Below, piece after piece: positions 29,900 through 39,569 of a stretch of 58,442 nucleotides of DNA (its first letter is position 1; every line of letters starts with the position of its first letter). The notes under the pieces were generated by a model. The model was not told the origin of the DNA and did not search any database. It worked only from the letters and a program-made list of their open reading frames with translations. Source of the stretch: a virus (lineage: Duplodnaviria; Caudoviricetes); the IMG/VR virus record IMGVR_UViG_3300005512_000037, positions 1 through 58,442 of that record; one strand, 5' to 3'. Made by a program: the position numbers and the translations under genes.

Positions 29900-31725
29900 T
29901 CACAATCCCCATACGATTTGGCAGTACCACTTTCGCAATCTACTGGAAGTCCTGCGGCCCAATCGGGTGTCCAACGCATACACTTCTCTACATACGCTTG
30001 TGCATCTGACACTTCGTCGTCTTTTACACAGCACACGATACTGTCGTGAACGGTTAGCACCACTTTGTATTTCCTACTAATTTGTAGCATCTGCTCACCT
30101 ATGATGCAACGTGCTATTGCTTGGCATACGTTTTCTATGACCTTGCCGCCGTATATACGTGTGTATCCACGCCGTGTTTTATAGCTGTACTCCAGACCCT
30201 TCTCACCTTCTTCGGCGCGTAGTCCATCGTACAGTATTCGCAACCCACTCGGCATCACCAGAGAAGAAGTCTTTGCGTCTACTCCAATTATACCTTTGCG
30301 TCCGAATATGGCCTCACGACTGTTTGCTAGTTGTCGAACCATATGGTGCGCATCGCGCCAGACTTTACTGATAGCAAAGTTTGCATCGCGGTAAATGTTT
30401 ATGATCCTCCTGGCTTCGTCGGGTGACACTTCATACCCAAACGTCTTGAGCTGTGCGCCAAACTTTTCAGCCCCCATGCCATACCCTGCACCAAGAATTG
30501 TGGTCTTACCAACGAACCGCTGATCTTTTGTGACATCCTCTTCGTCGCATCCGTAGATACGCGCAGCCATTTTGATGTACACATCCTCGCCATTGGCAAA
30601 CTGATTTACCAGATCGTCCTGTCCCGCAAACCACGCCAATACTCGTGCTTCGATCTGCGAACTATCAGCCTCTACTATCGTATATCCTTCGGGGGCAATG
30701 ATCGCCTTCTTTAGTTTCTTTGCGTTCGGTCCACGGCTCGGCAAATTCTGTAGGTTGATCTTGTCAGCACCGCCCCAACGACCAGTGTGCGCGGCGTAGT
30801 ATCTAACAGGTACGGGAAGCAAGCCACGTTTACAAATGTCTATGAACCTCTCTGTACGTGTTTCTTCTAGCGTAGATTTATTACCCAAACGTGCAGCAAC
30901 CAAGGCTTGTACCCTGTCGTCCTCATGCTCCTGCAATGCTTTGAACCCTTCGTCAGCTTTGGCTAGGGCGTATGTCTCCTTGCCTGTCGTCGGGCTAATT
31001 TTCATGGGAGGTTCCACACCAAGTTCTCTCAGCATGTCAGCGAACTTCGGATTAGACATCAGGTCTTTCTTGTCGGTGACGTTCGCATCACGTAGCAACT
31101 TGTCCTTACGTTCACGTGTATCTTCAAGGTGCTGCTCCAACAGTCCAAGGTCTAGGTCTAACGTGGGTTCAATAAACATCCGCAGTGTTAAGTCGATTAA
31201 CTTCAACTCTTGTTTGGGGAAGTTCTTGCCCATTGTTCTGAACAGATCAAAGCACAGGTCAACATCGTTTTTGGCGTACTCGCCGTAACGTTCTGTCTCT
31301 TCATCGGTAAAGTCTGCGCGGCGTTTGCCCTTGGCGTTGTGCACTTCGTTGCCTTTGACCCCGACACCGTAGCGTTCCGCTACCGCTTTAAGTGACGCGC
31401 TTGTCTCCACACCGTGCAGCGCACGTGCCATACACATCGTATCCAACCACGCTTTCGGTTTAACTCCGTAGTGCCAACTCAGTATGGCTCCGTCAAACAT
31501 CGTGTTGTGACATAGGATTGCGCTGTCAGAGAAGTCTATGTGTAATAGCAAACGCTTTATTAACTCTGCATCGCTTAGATACTTTGTAGTCTTGTCGTTC
31601 TTTTTGATAGCAAGCCCGATCACCTCGAACCTGCTGTCACGTACGTATTCCTCAGTCGTCATTTTCGACAACGAATAATCTTGAGCGTAATAAGTCTCAA
31701 AGTCTAAGGTATAAATGTCCATCAC
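29896..31725 (-). CDS. polA: DNA polymerase family A with 3'-5' exonuclease
   Basis: Exonuclease motifs LDFET, HN-x2-FD, YAKND. Motif A DSSQIEARV, motif B RFVGKTTILGAGYG, motif C TVHDSI. Confidence 0.95.
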   Translation of the reverse strand: MMDIYTLDFETYYAQDYSLSKMTTEEYVRDSRFEVIGLAIKKNDKTTKYLSDAELIKRLLLHIDFSDSAILCHNTMFDGAILSWHYGVKPKAWLDTMCMARALHGVETSASLKAVAERYGVGVKGNEVHNAKGKRRADFTDEETERYGEYAKNDVDLCFDLFRTMGKNFPKQELKLIDLTLRMFIEPTLDLDLGLLEQHLEDTRERKDKLLRDANVTDKKDLMSNPKFADMLRELGVEPPMKISPTTGKETYALAKADEGFKALQEHEDDRVQALVAARLGNKSTLEETRTERFIDICKRGLLPVPVRYYAAHTGRWGGADKINLQNLPSRGPNAKKLKKAIIAPEGYTIVEADSSQIEARVLAWFAGQDDLVNQFANGEDVYIKMAARIYGCDEEDVTKDQRFVGKTTILGAGYGMGAEKFGAQLKTFGYEVSPDEARRIINIYRDANFAISKVWRDAHHMVRQLANSREAIFGRKGIIGVDAKTSSLVMPSGLRILYDGLRAEEGEKGLEYSYKTRRGYTRIYGGKVIENVCQAIARCIIGEQMLQISRKYKVVLTVHDSIVCCVKDDEVSDAQAYVEKCMRWTPDWAAGLPVDCESGTAKSYGDCE

Positions 31726-32018
31726 TTATACCGCAGTTGATTTGCTACATCTGCCATAAGGTGCGGCAGTTCTTTCGGCGGGATTACGCCTACTAAACCA
31801 CCGTTGTCCCATATACGCAGCCCATCGTCATACACAGCCCAACGGAAGCTAGGCTTCGGCTCGACACTTACTTCTTCGCGCCAGTTTTCTGACCCGATAC
31901 GCGCCACAAGTTGTTTAACAAATGCAATATCTACACCACAGGCTTCTGCTACCTCGGTGTATTCGGCGTTGCGATGCTGCACCAAATACTGCCATACTCT
32001 TTCTTCTTTTTTTGACAT
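31722..32018 (-). CDS. Hypothetical protein with N-terminal HTH
   Basis: GGAGAATAAC RBS; VWQYL...EVAEACGV. Confidence 0.55.
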   Translation of the reverse strand: MSKKEERVWQYLVQHRNAEYTEVAEACGVDIAFVKQLVARIGSENWREEVSVEPKPSFRWAVYDDGLRIWDNGGLVGVIPPKELPHLMADVANQLRYK

Positions 32019-32031
32019 GTTATTCTCCTAA

Positions 32032-32214
32032 TCATTTTAAACCCCTACGCTTTTTGTATTCTTCGTAAGTCTCTCCGTATTGGGGGCGACCACCTTTTGC
32101 GGCATTGACCGCAGCTTGTTGATTATACTCCAGTTTCTTTAACTCTGGTCGCTTCATCTTATCGAACTTCGCAAGTGCGCGCATCTGCATACCCATTAAT
32201 TCTTCTTTATCCAT
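32032..32214 (-). CDS. Hypothetical protein
   Basis: Packed ORF in the early operon. Confidence 0.5.
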   Translation of the reverse strand: MDKEELMGMQMRALAKFDKMKRPELKKLEYNQQAAVNAAKGGRPQYGETYEEYKKRRGLK

Positions 32215-32407
32215 CTATCTTGTACGCCTTTTTTAGCTTTACAACATAATCGTCTAATTCTTCTCGTGCCGCAAACAAATCACGTTCCAAATTTGAATAC
32301 GCATCTCTTGTATGCCGCAACGATTTTAAATTACTGACCTGCTGCTTCAACCATTTTAGCTGCTGCTTTTGAAATGTTGTTAGCTGCTCTTCATTTAAAA
32401 CGGACAC
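32207..32407 (-). CDS. Hypothetical coiled-coil protein
   Basis: GGAG RBS, GTG start. Confidence 0.55.
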   Translation of the reverse strand: MSVLNEEQLTTFQKQQLKWLKQQVSNLKSLRHTRDAYSNLERDLFAAREELDDYVVKLKKAYKIDG

Positions 32408-32470
32408 TCGCCTTCTCCTTTGTAAATCACACTGTAACCGTGCATTGCAAAGATATACTCTTCGATGTTC

Positions 32471-32755
32471 TCACCCCAGATACTTCTCAACTTCATCTAG
32501 GTTATCCTCGTTTATGATTAATGCTATGCCACCTGCTTTTTCGATGTCTCTCAAGTTCTTTTCTTGCAGTGCTGTAGGCTTGTTTTTGCCCGCCTTACAT
32601 TCAATACCGATGAACTTACCATCGTGACACGCAATAATGTCGGGCACACCGCTACGCCCATACCCGCCTGTCACTGGATAAAAGAAATACGCTTTGTGCT
32701 GCTTCAATAAAGCGACGACTTTCTTTTTAACTTTTGCTTCTGGTGTCATTGCCAT
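32471..32755 (-). CDS. VRR-NUC nuclease (putative Holliday junction resolvase)
   Basis: TPE-x-KVK...G-x-SGVPDI...G-x-F-x-GIECK...PTALQ. Confidence 0.85.
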   Translation of the reverse strand: MAMTPEAKVKKKVVALLKQHKAYFFYPVTGGYGRSGVPDIIACHDGKFIGIECKAGKNKPTALQEKNLRDIEKAGGIALIINEDNLDEVEKYLG

Positions 32756-32885
32756 CTGTGTTCTCTTTTTCGTGCCGCTGCTTTTGTTCTTCTGTCCACC
32801 ACGGATACGGTGGCCCCGCTTCTATCGCTTCGACTGTTTCATCAAACTCTTTGCGGGTACGTCCGCCAAATGGTAACCAACTCAT
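32727..32885 (-). CDS. Hypothetical protein
   Basis: GAGGGAG RBS before ATG 32885. Confidence 0.5.
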   Translation of the reverse strand: MSWLPFGGRTRKEFDETVEAIEAGPPYPWWTEEQKQRHEKENTDGNDTRSKS

Positions 32886-32947
32886 ATCTCTCCCTCGATA
32901 ACTGGCATTAATGGGCGATTTCTCGCCCATCAAAACGTAGTGAATCA

Positions 32948-33205
32948 CTACTCATTTCTAAAAACCCAAAAGGTATTTGTATCGATACGACGACCAACTC
33001 TGTCAACTTCCTCTGTAGGTGGTTTATCGTCCATCATCGTAAGCACAGCTAACTTCTCCCTTATCCACTGTGGTGTTTCATTTATACTCGTATAACGGCG
33101 ACATACTGATGTGTCAATACCTTCTAGGCCAAAACATATTATATCTACCGCTTTGGTGTTTGGATTTACCGTAACGCGGTAGATATTATCGTCAGACACA
33201 CTCAC
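32948..33205 (-). CDS. Hypothetical protein
   Basis: GTGA-coupled; shares a KLAVL motif with the upstream protein. Confidence 0.65.
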   Translation of the reverse strand: MSVSDDNIYRVTVNPNTKAVDIICFGLEGIDTSVCRRYTSINETPQWIREKLAVLTMMDDKPPTEEVDRVGRRIDTNTFWVFRNE

Positions 33206-34071
33206 CGTATATAGTACAGCGTAGGCGCAGCGCGGTAGCCAACACCTTCGACGTAGGTATCATCTGTGGTCATAGACAGCACAGCAAGTTTACCTGCGAT
33301 GTCTTCGGGCAAGTCAGACTGCTCGTATGTCTCTATTCGACTAGGGTCTATCTCTGGCGTATACCAAGTCAGTTCTTGATCCCTGATCAAACGAAACATC
33401 TGCTTACCTGTGACAGACGTGAACGCATCGACAACTGTATAGATATCTGTGTTTGTCTCACGTGACTGCTTCAGTTCGTCCAGTGCAATGAACGTAGCTT
33501 TCAACTGCTCACCAAACTCTACGTCAAGGAACTCGTAGCCAGCGTCCACCATACGTCTTAGCTCACGCTGTAACTTGTTGTCGTGTGATGTCTTACGTGT
33601 AGAGAAAAGCTCACGCGTCAAATCACCCGCTGTAGTATTCACTTGGCTCCTTGCCGACTCGACAGCTTCACTAGCCTTCTGACGTGCGCCTTTGCCAGAC
33701 AGTTCTACCACGTGCTTCATACTCAGAGGACGCAAGTATCTTGTCGCATTCTTCACCGCTGTCTTCAGGTTGACCGACGATGCCAAGTGCTGCCGCCAAC
33801 CATGTGCATATTTGTTGTTCACTATATTCGGCGATACCACATTATATGTATACTGTGACAATCGGCTGTCAGTAATATCTGCATAGGTAATCTTACCCAT
33901 CGCATACGTGTCACCCTCACGGTATACCCACGCTTCGTGTTCACCTGTCACGCAATACTTGTATCCACGTGTCGCACCCATGATTTCGTCAGCGTAATCT
34001 AGCACGAATGGGGAAGGCGATGCGTCCTGATACTCACGCAACTCGCTTACCAATTTTATTTTTATCTGCAT
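33202..34071 (-). CDS. Hypothetical early protein
   Basis: TAATG overlap and GGAGAAC RBS place the start at 34071. Confidence 0.7.
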   Translation of the reverse strand: MQIKIKLVSELREYQDASPSPFVLDYADEIMGATRGYKYCVTGEHEAWVYREGDTYAMGKITYADITDSRLSQYTYNVVSPNIVNNKYAHGWRQHLASSVNLKTAVKNATRYLRPLSMKHVVELSGKGARQKASEAVESARSQVNTTAGDLTRELFSTRKTSHDNKLQRELRRMVDAGYEFLDVEFGEQLKATFIALDELKQSRETNTDIYTVVDAFTSVTGKQMFRLIRDQELTWYTPEIDPSRIETYEQSDLPEDIAGKLAVLSMTTDDTYVEGVGYRAAPTLYYIR

Positions 34072-35162
34072 TATTGTTCTCCTTCGATCATAAAGCCTGC
34101 GTTGTTGTTCATGTACGAATTGTATCCCGCACGTATTCTGCTTAGGTCTTCTTTGTTCTGTACTTCTTTGATCTTGTACGTCTGGTTCAGATACCATCCG
34201 TCACTTGTGCTTGCTGCAAACATGATCCAATAGTTCAGTCGCATCGGGTGGTTCTCGTCTTTCAATATCTCATGCGCCCACTGCGGCTTCCAAGGCGACC
34301 ACGTGTTCAAACCTTCACGTTCACGGAAATAGTCGTGCATCTCTCTAGTCTTGTTTGTCGTGTACTCGTACTCCAACGGTAGCAACGGTGTCATAGTCAT
34401 ACCCCACTCAAACAACTTGTCCATCGCGGGTTTGAACTTAGCCTTCAGTACCTTGTTTACTTTCGCCCCTGTCGGTAGAGAACGCCCAGAGATGCCATCG
34501 TGTTCCCACACACCAATACTTTTCTGTATAAATGTCAAAGCAGAGTTGTCGTTAGTTGAGCGCATCCACTTGCACCATACTGCATCGTTATCTTTGTACC
34601 TTTGCCACTCCGCACGTGGTACAGTCTTGTTCTTGGCAAGGTAGTAATCATCTGACTTCTTACCTCGAAAGCTGTACCTGTAATCAGGATCAGTTCCGTT
34701 GTTGAGCAAACGTATGTACTGTTTGCCGCTCCCATTGTGCACGAACGCCATGCCCTTCGGTGTGTGTCTACGGATCATCTCGTAGTGAGATATACTGTAC
34801 CCGATACCTGTGATGTTGTTGATGGTCACGGTGACTGTACCGTCTTTGCGCTTGCGCCACACAATCGGTGCATAGTCTTCTAGTTTCGCGCCGTGGTTAT
34901 TGTATGTAGTCACGTATTTGTTGCCAACTTGTTCAGACGTGTTGTAACCCCAGTAACGGAACAAGTCGTTGCCACGCTCGTAGCCACCAGTGATAGCGTA
35001 ACAGTTTCGGCTAATCTTCTGGATGTTCTCCCACTTACGCGCACGATCACCGATAGGCCGCACGTTGCGGCTCGTACCGTGACCTTGCTCTTTGATTGGT
35101 TTAGTATTTTCGTAGTGTTTCACTACTTCTTCAAACGTGTTGAATGATGTAAAACTTAGCAT
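34071..35162 (-). CDS. Hypothetical early protein
   Basis: 363 aa; GGAGAACAAC-ATG. Confidence 0.75.
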   Translation of the reverse strand: MLSFTSFNTFEEVVKHYENTKPIKEQGHGTSRNVRPIGDRARKWENIQKISRNCYAITGGYERGNDLFRYWGYNTSEQVGNKYVTTYNNHGAKLEDYAPIVWRKRKDGTVTVTINNITGIGYSISHYEMIRRHTPKGMAFVHNGSGKQYIRLLNNGTDPDYRYSFRGKKSDDYYLAKNKTVPRAEWQRYKDNDAVWCKWMRSTNDNSALTFIQKSIGVWEHDGISGRSLPTGAKVNKVLKAKFKPAMDKLFEWGMTMTPLLPLEYEYTTNKTREMHDYFREREGLNTWSPWKPQWAHEILKDENHPMRLNYWIMFAASTSDGWYLNQTYKIKEVQNKEDLSRIRAGYNSYMNNNAGFMIEGEQ

Positions 35163-35183
35163 GTTGTTCTCCTTATTTTCTGC

Positions 35184-35420
35184 TTATCTACAATAGTGCT
35201 GCCAACCACAGTCAGCGTAAACACCTTGGCACTCACAATACGGTGGCTCCCACGCCAGTAGTTCTTTGACTGCGGCATTACGTACTACCCGCCACTCGTG
35301 GTTATCACTAGGACATGTACCGTTGTCTGCGTATGGATATTCCCCATTGTTACCTTCGGCACTTGCTTTGAACCCTGCAAGAAACGCACGGCGTAAATGC
35401 TCTTCTGTTATCTCGACCAT
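35184..35420 (-). CDS. Hypothetical protein
   Basis: TAATG-coupled to the vWA gene. Confidence 0.5.
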   Translation of the reverse strand: MVEITEEHLRRAFLAGFKASAEGNNGEYPYADNGTCPSDNHEWRVVRNAAVKELLAWEPPYCECQGVYADCGWQHYCR

Positions 35421-36643
35421 TACATGTCTCCCGATTTGATGTGTACTGTTTTGCCAACGTCTGGTTTGGCATCTTCATTGTCCATGACGCACCAGAGGAC
35501 AGGCATTGTCCACTGACCCCAACCGCCCCAGATGTAACCATCGGTTAGGACAATCGCGGCTTGCGCATTGATGTTGTGTTCCCGAATGTAATCGGTGACG
35601 CATGTCACGTCCGTGCCGCCGCCCCCTGCGGGTTTGGTTGATGTCACTATCTGATCCAGTTCGTCAGCTTCGTACTTCTCGTCACGACAAACCTGTGTGT
35701 CCCAGTAGAGTAGGCGCACACCGTCAGGGTGTACCGTATCACAGATTTCTTTGACCTCAGTCAGGAACGCCGACAACTCACGCTGTCTGATAGACCCCGA
35801 TGTGTCGATAGCAACCACCAACTCACCGACTTGCTCCGTGATGCCGCTTGGCATGTAGATACCTGACGACAAGTATCTGCGGTTAGGTCTACGGTATGTG
35901 CTGTAGTCTGAACCTGCGCATGTGTCTTGCACAAACTCACGCAACACCTCACGCCAATCGACCTGTGGTTTCAACAGCTCTGCAAGATCACGATCACCAC
36001 CGCTGCCCAACTTACCTGCGACCAACGCACCCTGACGTATAGCTTCATCGATCTCACGCGCTAGTTCGCGTTTCTCTTCTGCGTCCATCTCCTGCGCACC
36101 GTCCCAGTCGTGGATGTCGAATGGTTTTTGCCCATTTGGTAGTGAACCACTACCACCGTCACCGTCGTCACCGTCGTCACCGTCGTCCTGTCGTTCCTCA
36201 CGCAACAACTTGTATACCTGTGCGCTGTCCATGCCACGGAACCGCTCGTCATGACAGCCACCCAACAACACACCTGTCATTGTGGCGAAACCCTCTTTTG
36301 TGAACTCATCGATGATCTTTTGATTGATCACATAGTCGTTGGCACAGTTCGCAAGCTGCGGGTCTTCGTCGTACAGGTGACGCCAGATGTGCAGATGTTG
36401 AAACACCTTGTGATACATTTCGTGAAGTACAAGGAACCGTAGTTCTGCATCGTTTAGTTGCTTAACGAACCCACGTGAATAGAACTCGTCACGTCCGTTG
36501 GTACACGCTGTTGGTATTGTCGGATCGTCCGTGATGGTACGTTCACCGATCATCATGACACCTGCCAACGCAGGGCATCTGCTCATAATGGCGACAACGG
36601 CTTTTGACAGCCGCTGCTCCTCTGTTAGATTTGTTACAAACAT
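35420..36643 (-). CDS. Metallopeptidase (HExxH) + vWA domain protein (DUF2201-like)
   Basis: PTACTNG, LHEMYH, N-x-A-x-DYVIN, acidic linker, MIDAS DTSGS, GGGGTD, LTDG. Confidence 0.85.
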   Translation of the reverse strand: MFVTNLTEEQRLSKAVVAIMSRCPALAGVMMIGERTITDDPTIPTACTNGRDEFYSRGFVKQLNDAELRFLVLHEMYHKVFQHLHIWRHLYDEDPQLANCANDYVINQKIIDEFTKEGFATMTGVLLGGCHDERFRGMDSAQVYKLLREERQDDGDDGDDGDGGSGSLPNGQKPFDIHDWDGAQEMDAEEKRELAREIDEAIRQGALVAGKLGSGGDRDLAELLKPQVDWREVLREFVQDTCAGSDYSTYRRPNRRYLSSGIYMPSGITEQVGELVVAIDTSGSIRQRELSAFLTEVKEICDTVHPDGVRLLYWDTQVCRDEKYEADELDQIVTSTKPAGGGGTDVTCVTDYIREHNINAQAAIVLTDGYIWGGWGQWTMPVLWCVMDNEDAKPDVGKTVHIKSGDM

Positions 36644-36795
36644 TAGTTGTTCTCCTCTTCAAAACGCACGATTAGATCAAAACTAAATGAGCCATCGTTG
36701 GCGTAGCCCATGTCCACAAGTTTCTCGTGGATCATATCCGCTAGGTAGCTAAACTCACTCTTGGTGAACTCTGTCACTTTAACTTCTTTCATCAT
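36643..36795 (-). CDS. Small acidic hypothetical protein
   Basis: GGAGAACG RBS before ATG 36795; TAATG-coupled to the next gene. Confidence 0.5.
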   Translation of the reverse strand: MMKEVKVTEFTKSEFSYLADMIHEKLVDMGYANDGSFSFDLIVRFEEENN

Positions 36796-36961
36796 CGTTC
36801 TCCATTTCTTCAGCTTCCATTTCGTAGCTATCGTCACGTTCAATGACTGCATCGCTGTGGTTCTCGTTCAATATGAAAACATCACTCGCCTCGACAAAGG
36901 CCATGTCCATATCCTCGGCTTCTACTTCACACCAGAAAGTGCATTTAATTCTATATTTCAT
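36779..36961 (-). CDS. Small acidic hypothetical protein
   Basis: GGAGAACAGC RBS; EVEAED motif. Confidence 0.55.
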   Translation of the reverse strand: MKYRIKCTFWCEVEAEDMDMAFVEASDVFILNENHSDAVIERDDSYEMEAEEMENDDERS

Positions 36962-37107
36962 TTGCTGTTCTCCTTACGAATTTTTCTCGCACGTATGATG
37001 TGCTTGTGTTTATCCAAGGCGCAGTTGCTACATAGCATCTGACCGTCTCTGTCTTTGTGGTCTGCGGTAGTACCGCAAACCTCACACTTTACTTGAACCA
37101 TAATCAT
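36958..37107 (-). CDS. Small C4 zinc-finger protein (49 aa, absent from the ORF track)
   Basis: MIMVQVKCEVCG...LCSNC...; ATGA overlaps at both ends. Confidence 0.6.
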   Translation of the reverse strand: MIMVQVKCEVCGTTADHKDRDGQMLCSNCALDKHKHIIRARKIRKENSK

Positions 37108-38195
37108 TTCTTATCTGCACCGAATAGGTGGTTATTGTTCATTGCCCAGTCTGTGAACTTCTTGTTCTGCATGACCATAGCTTGCTTGCTGTACTTCGGC
37201 GCACGAACACCGTTGGCAAACATTGCCTGTGCTTCGGTATCGAGACGTGGCATGTAGTCCATCCACGCATTGATCCAGTCTTTGTCCAACGCAGACAAAG
37301 TTCTATACACAACCATACAAATAGCTGCGGCGCTCTCAGGCACCTTGGCATTCTTCGGATCGTCCTTGATCGATTGCAGTGAGGGCAGTTGATCTGCCAG
37401 TTTGACAAAGGCCATCAAGTCCATCGCGGCACGATCACCGATTGTACCCATCAACGCTGCGGTCAGGGTCTGATCGTCAAAGTGTTCGCGCTGCTTCATG
37501 ATGTCCGATGCTGCATGTAGAGAACGTGGTGTGACAAACGCCGCTCGCTGCTGCTTCGGGTGAAAGATGTATGGGTTCTCGTCAGGGTCTTTGACTTCAT
37601 CGAATGACTGCAAGATTTGCGGATTGTCTTTGATGAACCCCAACAGTGTGTGATCCCAACCGTTGTTGATACCGTATTCGATCTGTGCCATTGGATCAGT
37701 CTTGCGAACCTGTACCACAGTGATGCGGTTCCGTGCGTGAGGTGGCAACAAGTCGCCAACACCTTCGGCTCCGAGGTTAGTTGTCGCAAAGATAATACTG
37801 TCAGGGTGTAGTGAATAACTACCAATCTTGCGCTCCAACATGAGACGCAACAAACCGTTCTTGACCGCAGGGTTAGCTTTGCCAAATTCGTCGATGTCAA
37901 TGACAACAGGTTCAGACAAGTGAACACCCAGTTCTTCATTCGGGATCATGCGAACGCAACCGTCTTCTTCAATAGACTGCAACGATGGGATCAACAGATC
38001 GCCAAGGTCTTTCGTGGTGCAGTCAAAGTAGATTGGCTTGAACCCTGTCTGCTTGGCAAGGTCGTACAGTATAGATGATTTGCCTGTACCCATGTGACCT
38101 TGTGTCAACACGGTACGTTGGTGACCCACCGCTTTGATTAGATCGACACACTGGTCTAGTGATAGCGCATACATTGCTTGTGCTTGATTAGTCAT
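37104..38195 (-). CDS. AAA+ ATPase (MoxR/AAA_5-like)
   Basis: Walker A GHMGTGKS, Walker B DIDEF, sensor ATTN, Arg finger ARNR, TPRS. Confidence 0.9.
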   Translation of the reverse strand: MTNQAQAMYALSLDQCVDLIKAVGHQRTVLTQGHMGTGKSSILYDLAKQTGFKPIYFDCTTKDLGDLLIPSLQSIEEDGCVRMIPNEELGVHLSEPVVIDIDEFGKANPAVKNGLLRLMLERKIGSYSLHPDSIIFATTNLGAEGVGDLLPPHARNRITVVQVRKTDPMAQIEYGINNGWDHTLLGFIKDNPQILQSFDEVKDPDENPYIFHPKQQRAAFVTPRSLHAASDIMKQREHFDDQTLTAALMGTIGDRAAMDLMAFVKLADQLPSLQSIKDDPKNAKVPESAAAICMVVYRTLSALDKDWINAWMDYMPRLDTEAQAMFANGVRAPKYSKQAMVMQNKKFTDWAMNNNHLFGADKK

Positions 38196-38220
38196 TGTTG
38201 TTCTCCAATTCTGATATTGA

Positions 38221-39183
38221 TTATAGGTCTAGTGATGGTAGTGATTTGATCGCCGCGTCCACCGCTGCTTTGGTTTCGGCGCGGAAATAGTCGTCGTCAC
38301 GCAATGCGTCAGGTGTGACTCCAGACATTGCTTCTTCGAGACGGTCTGCCATTGCGGTCATTTGTGTCGAGTTCGTCACGTTGCATACACGTAGCAGTTC
38401 GATCATGTCGGTGACGTTTGACACGAGTGTGTCGCGGAATACTTTTTTGTTCTCGCTGTCGGTGTAGTCCAGACGCTCAGACATACTGGACAATGCCTTG
38501 TGCAGACGTGTCCACACGTCATTCATCGCTGTCTCAAAGTTGTTTTTGAAGTCTGCGCTCATGTTCGCTTTGAGTTCGGCAATCGCTTCGGCGGGTAAGG
38601 CCACGCGGAAATCACCAGTCGGAACGTCAGTGTAACTGATACTCATGCGGAACTTATGCTTCAGCTCTTCGAGTGTGGGATAGTCGTCACGTGAAAACAA
38701 GTCGCCGAGTTTGATCTGCACGTCAATCACAGCGTCATTGTACTTGTCCAAGAAGTTCTGAACCAGACGATAAAGTTCGTTCTGCATCTCAGTCATAGCT
38801 TGATTGTACTTGAAGAACTGCGCTGTCGGTAACAGACGTAGACCCGAGTTTGACCAGGGCATTGTCATGTTTGCATGCATAGCACGAGTTGCTGTCACGT
38901 GTTGCTTGATCGCTTTGAGATCGTCGTTGTCTGTGAGCAAGTCTTTGATCGCACGAACCGAGTTGCGTTCGGCGTGGTTCTGATCTGCGACTTGAGCGGA
39001 CGCGCGTTTGTCTTTCTTGTATGCGCCCCATTGTGAGATGCTGACCTCGACTAGCATCGCGGCGGATGCGATAGTTGGGATGTTGTCGTCGTGTAGTGCG
39101 GTAGAGTTGAGTAGTGTTTCACTACACTTTGCGATTACTTCGGATTTACCTTCGCCCATTGGCGCGTTCATCATTACGTTCAT
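38221..39183 (-). CDS. Conserved helical phage protein (DUF3150-like, tentative)
   Basis: W-x3-KKDK, TMPW-x3-G-x-RLLP, DYP, F-x-DTL motifs; GGAGAACAAA RBS before ATG 39183; upstream of the AAA+/vWA pair. Confidence 0.6.
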   Translation of the reverse strand: MNVMMNAPMGEGKSEVIAKCSETLLNSTALHDDNIPTIASAAMLVEVSISQWGAYKKDKRASAQVADQNHAERNSVRAIKDLLTDNDDLKAIKQHVTATRAMHANMTMPWSNSGLRLLPTAQFFKYNQAMTEMQNELYRLVQNFLDKYNDAVIDVQIKLGDLFSRDDYPTLEELKHKFRMSISYTDVPTGDFRVALPAEAIAELKANMSADFKNNFETAMNDVWTRLHKALSSMSERLDYTDSENKKVFRDTLVSNVTDMIELLRVCNVTNSTQMTAMADRLEEAMSGVTPDALRDDDYFRAETKAAVDAAIKSLPSLDL

Positions 39184-39194
39184 TTTGTTCTCCA

Positions 39195-39407
39195 TCAGTT
39201 CGAGTATTTGTTTAGACCGCGTAGGTCGGATTTGCGTGTGACAAGGGTAGCACCTTGTTTGTGTGCGATAGGTGCGATGCACCATGACGTACGGAATTTA
39301 CGTGCTTGGAAGTCGCCGCAGTCTAGGCAGAAGTTGTAGCCGAGTTGCTTACGGCGGTAGTCATAGGGTTCGCCGCACGATGCGCAGCATACAGTCTTGA
39401 TAGCCAT
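39195..39407 (-). CDS. C4 zinc-finger protein (DksA/TraR-like finger)
   Basis: C-x2-CGE...RR-x2-LGY-x2-C-x2-CGD; GGAG RBS. Confidence 0.65.
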   Translation of the reverse strand: MAIKTVCCASCGEPYDYRRKQLGYNFCLDCGDFQARKFRTSWCIAPIAHKQGATLVTRKSDLRGLNKYSN

Positions 39408-39500
39408 GTTGGTCTCCATTGTTTTCGGTAGTGTTTCACTACTCATTGATTGGGTGGCAGGATTGCCGTGTCGTTGTCGGTCTTCTGACAACTTGTATAT

Positions 39501-39529
39501 ATAATAACACATAAACGAACAAATGTCAA
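39501..39529 (-). promoter_or_regulatory. Sigma70-type early promoter
   Basis: TTGACA-17 bp-TATTAT with extended TG on the - strand. Confidence 0.8.
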
Positions 39530-39569
39530 GTTTTCGTGGGTTATCATGTGTTTACTGACGCGAGGGTAT

